From the NCBI GenBank assembly GCA_002104905.1, contig MCFE01000429.1, forward strand, positions 12,478 through 76,477: a DNA stretch of 64,000 nucleotides, given 5' to 3'. The notes beneath the pieces were generated by a model that saw only the letters and a program-made list of their open reading frames with translations, did not search any database and was not told where the DNA came from. A program made the position numbers and the translations under genes. Shown here piece by piece: positions 61,401-64,000 of this stretch. The first letter of the stretch is position 1, and each line of letters starts with the position of its first letter. Origin of the DNA: Basidiobolus meristosporus CBS 931.73 (taxonomy: Eukaryota > Fungi > Basidiobolomycota).

Positions 61401-62368
61401 AAGTGTTCTATTGTCACCCATGAAAACCTTCTTAATAGGAATTTCTTGATATTGGGTAAAAAGTTCTTTTTGGTGTGTTAAGTGTAGAGAAGCTCCAGAG
61501 TCAATATATCACGTCTGAGAATCCTTGTTTGCGGTCATATTCAGTGCAGATATGAATTGTCTATCTTCAGTTGTTGCAGCATTTCTATATTCAGGCTTCT
61601 TTTGCTGATAATATCTCTTTTTGAGACACCAGTCTGATGTATGTCCTATCCTTTTGCAGTAGTTGCAAAATAGGTTGCTGTTGTCTTTGTAGGGTCTTGA
61701 GTACCTCCTTTGTTGGTTAGCATTGCTTATTAAAGCATTTTCTTCTTCCTTCTTATTGGTGCTTGATTTTCTTAATTCTTCATCCAGGAGCCTTCCATAT
61801 ACGTAATTTAAGGTCAAATTTCAGTTCTGGACTCTAGGGCTGATACAAGGCCCTGAAACTTGTCTGTCAGGCTATTCAGAATGGTAACCATCACATCCTC
61901 ATCAGTAGTTGGTATGCCCACAGATTCCATCTCATCTACCAGCAGGGTTATTCTGTGAATTAGATTTTTCATCTCTTCTCCTGGCAGCATCTTTGTAGTA
62001 AAGAATTTTTGTCTCAGATACATTTTCTTGGCAGCTGAACATGACTGGTAGGTGTCTTCCAATGCTTTCCAGGCATTCTTTGCTGTTTTTGCTCTTGAGC
62101 ATTGAATTAGCAATTTGTCCTTGACATTAAGGCAAATGCAGTTAAAGGCACTTTGTTCTTTCTTCTGGTACTTTAGGGCTTCCTCTCCCACATTTTTAGG
62201 AGGGCATTCTTCTTCCATGACAATATCCCAAAGGCCTCTTTCTTGTAGTAGCATCTTCATCCTCACCTTCCACACTTGGTAGTTAGATCCATCCAACTTT
62301 TCAGCAGAGGGAAAAATTCCAGTAATAGCAGTAGTAGACATTGCAGAGAGTGACATCTTGGAGCTCAT
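58403..62368 (-). pseudogene. Fragmented gag-pol
   Basis: Gag KLDGSNYQVWKVRM; zinc knuckle CNYCKRIGHTSDWC; protease *YIDSGAS (W>TGA at 61509-61511); IN HRRFGH...CEAC, HSDLCGP, HSDNGGEY, NGVAE; RT YKARLVAKG, DVKTAFLNG, LYVDDL; RH YSDADW, TTEAEY, KHIDIRHHFIRE. At least five frame breaks. Confidence 0.95.
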
Positions 62369-62372
62369 AACC
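62361..62372 (-). promoter_or_regulatory. Primer-binding site GGTTATGAGCTC, half-tRNAiMet type; contains the gag ATG
   Basis: Directly after the LTR end; complementary to the tRNAiMet anticodon arm rather than to a tRNA 3' CCA end. Confidence 0.8.
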
Positions 62373-62721
62373 TGTTGTAAGAGTCTTGGAGATATTGGAA
62401 GTGATTGGGAGAACAAGTAGATTATGCGGTTTTCACTTAATGATTTATTGAATGTAAAAGTAGTATTTATACTTTTACCTGGTCTTGGCATTACAAACAC
62501 GTAGAATAGGTTAAGGAAGGTCCCAAGAACATGTGTGCAAAGTTTGGGGCTGTTTGGACAACTTCGAGAATTATCATGTTCTGGGTACCTGGTATTTTGG
62601 TGAAAATATTCTAAGTAAATCCCAACAAGGAATTTGGTCAGTATTCTCTAGGATTTGAAGGTGATGATCTAAGTGACTAAGTTAGGTGAATATTTAGGTG
62701 GAAATACAAATTTTTACAACA
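62373..62721 (-). repeat. 5' LTR, 349 bp
   Basis: Same termini as the 3' LTR; followed by the PBS. Confidence 0.97.
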
Positions 62722-63164
62722 GTAGTTAGATCCATCCAACTTTTCAGCAGAGGGAAAAATTCCAGTAATAGCAGTAGTAGACATTGCAGAGAGTGACATC
62801 TTGGAGCTCATAACCTGTTGTAAGAGTCTTGGAGATATTGGCAGTGATTGGGAGAACAAGTAGCTAATGTGGTTTTCACTTAATGATTTATTGAATGTAA
62901 AAGTAGTATTTATACTTTTACATGGTCTTTGCATTACAAACATGTAGAGTAGGCTAAGGAAGGTCCTAAGAACATGTGTGCAAAGTTTGGGGCTGTTTGG
63001 ACAACTTTGAGAATTTTCATGTTCCGGGTACCAGGTATTTTGGTGAAAATCTTCCATGTAAATCCCAACAAGGAATTTGGTCAGTATTCTCTAGGATTTG
63101 AAGGTGATGATCTAAGTGACTAAGTTAGGTGAATATTTAGGTGGAAATACAAATTTTTACAACA
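62722..63164 (-). mobile_element. Additional LTR (62816-63164) plus PBS and the first 94 nt of leader/gag, in tandem with the 5' LTR
   Basis: 349-bp LTR with 17 differences from each of the other two by manual alignment; 62722-62815 duplicates the PBS-gag start. Confidence 0.95.
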
Positions 63165-63615
63165 TTTGTTGATTTGAACTATATGTGGAATACCCAAGGT
63201 AGTAGTGGGTAAGCAAATAAAGAAAGGTGATTCTACAGTTGAATATATGAGTTGCACAAGGGGAGGTAGAAAAAGGAAATACCATTTGGTAAATTTGTAC
63301 GGTAGCATTATACAGAACCAGCGGCAGGCTGTCATACTGCCAAGAAAAAGCCATCAGAGTCTTGCTATGAGGCCGTCAAAATACCATCAAGTTTCTTGCC
63401 ATATATGGCAATTGGAAGTTCTGGCCAACTGGATCCACTTAAAATAGTAATAGAGCGCTGAAAGACTGCAACAATGCCATGCAAATATTGTCTCAGCACC
63501 AATCAAATATCATCAAGTTATATCCCTTTATTTGGCTGTAAAATTTGCAAAACACCGTCATGATCTTGCTATAAGATTGTCAGGAGGGTCACTAATTCCA
63601 AGCTGCTGTTATTAT

Positions 63616-64000
63616 TGTTGTGAAAGTTTGTAATTCACCTAAATATTCACCTAACTTAGTCACTTAGATCATTACCCTCAAATCCTAGAGAATACTGACC
63701 AAATTCCTTGTTGGGATTTACATTGAAGATTTTCACCAAAATACCTGGTACCCACAACATGAAAATTCTCAAGGTGGTCCAAACAGTCTCAAACTTTGCA
63801 CACATGTTGTTGGGACCTTCCTTAACCTATTTTAAGTGTTTGTAATGCCAAGACTAGGTAAAAGTTTAAATACTACTTTTACATTCAATAAATCATTAAG
63901 TGAAAACCACATAATCTACTTGTTCTCCCAATCACTTCCAATATCTCAAAGACTCTTACAACAGGCTATGAGCCCCAAGCTGTCACTCTCTGCAATGTCT
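63616..64000 (+). mobile_element. 5' LTR (63616-63963) plus PBS of another family member running off the window, oriented head-to-head
   Basis: TGTTGTGA...TTACAACA, then GGCTATGAGCCCCAAGCTGTCACTCTCTGCAATGTCT, matching the leader/gag start. Confidence 0.95.

Larger units (their letters stand above)
58043..62721 (-). mobile_element. Near-full-length but inactivated Ty1/copia LTR retrotransposon, 4679 bp
   Basis: Two 349-bp LTRs with TGTTGTAA...TTACAACA termini, PBS, PPT, and domain order gag-PR-IN-RT-RH (copia order). Confidence 0.97.

Noticed and set aside
55480-63963. CRISPR-like array interpretation of the repeated units
   Set aside because: Repeats are 349-bp LTRs with TG...CA ends, PBS and TSD; no short repeat-spacer periodicity or cas genes.

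Overview
Gene-dense, intron-rich fungal DNA. The lineage is most likely an early-diverging one (Zoopagomycota/Mucoromycota grade); this is inferred from a USP48-type protease, an OCIA-like protein and a U12-type intron occurring alongside fungal NMA111/QCR6/SNF4. Bases 1-54.5 kb carry about 21 mostly housekeeping genes: eIF3L, VMA5, Ac45/VOA1-like, USP48-like, a two-RRM protein, CDC48, a CAP gene with an in-frame TAG, ALT, NMA111, NOP58, RPL43, a PAS-PAS protein, RPS5, RPS29, an ATF bZIP, SNF4, QCR6, MGM1, PMP3-like, RPB1, OCIA-like, RACK1 hosting snoRNA U24, and a small secreted protein. From about 55.25 kb to the end the sequence switches abruptly to a CpG-depleted block dominated by one Ty1/copia family: one near-full-length dead element plus about 8 copies of its 349-bp LTR. 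These copies are repeatedly nested into each other's LTR/PBS region and carry a Ty5/copia-type half-tRNA PBS. The most notable observations are the U12-type first intron of RPB1, the self-nested LTR cluster with a sharp CpG boundary, and a U24 snoRNA whose 3' guide looks degenerate. Exon boundaries and difference counts were read by eye; no database searches were run.
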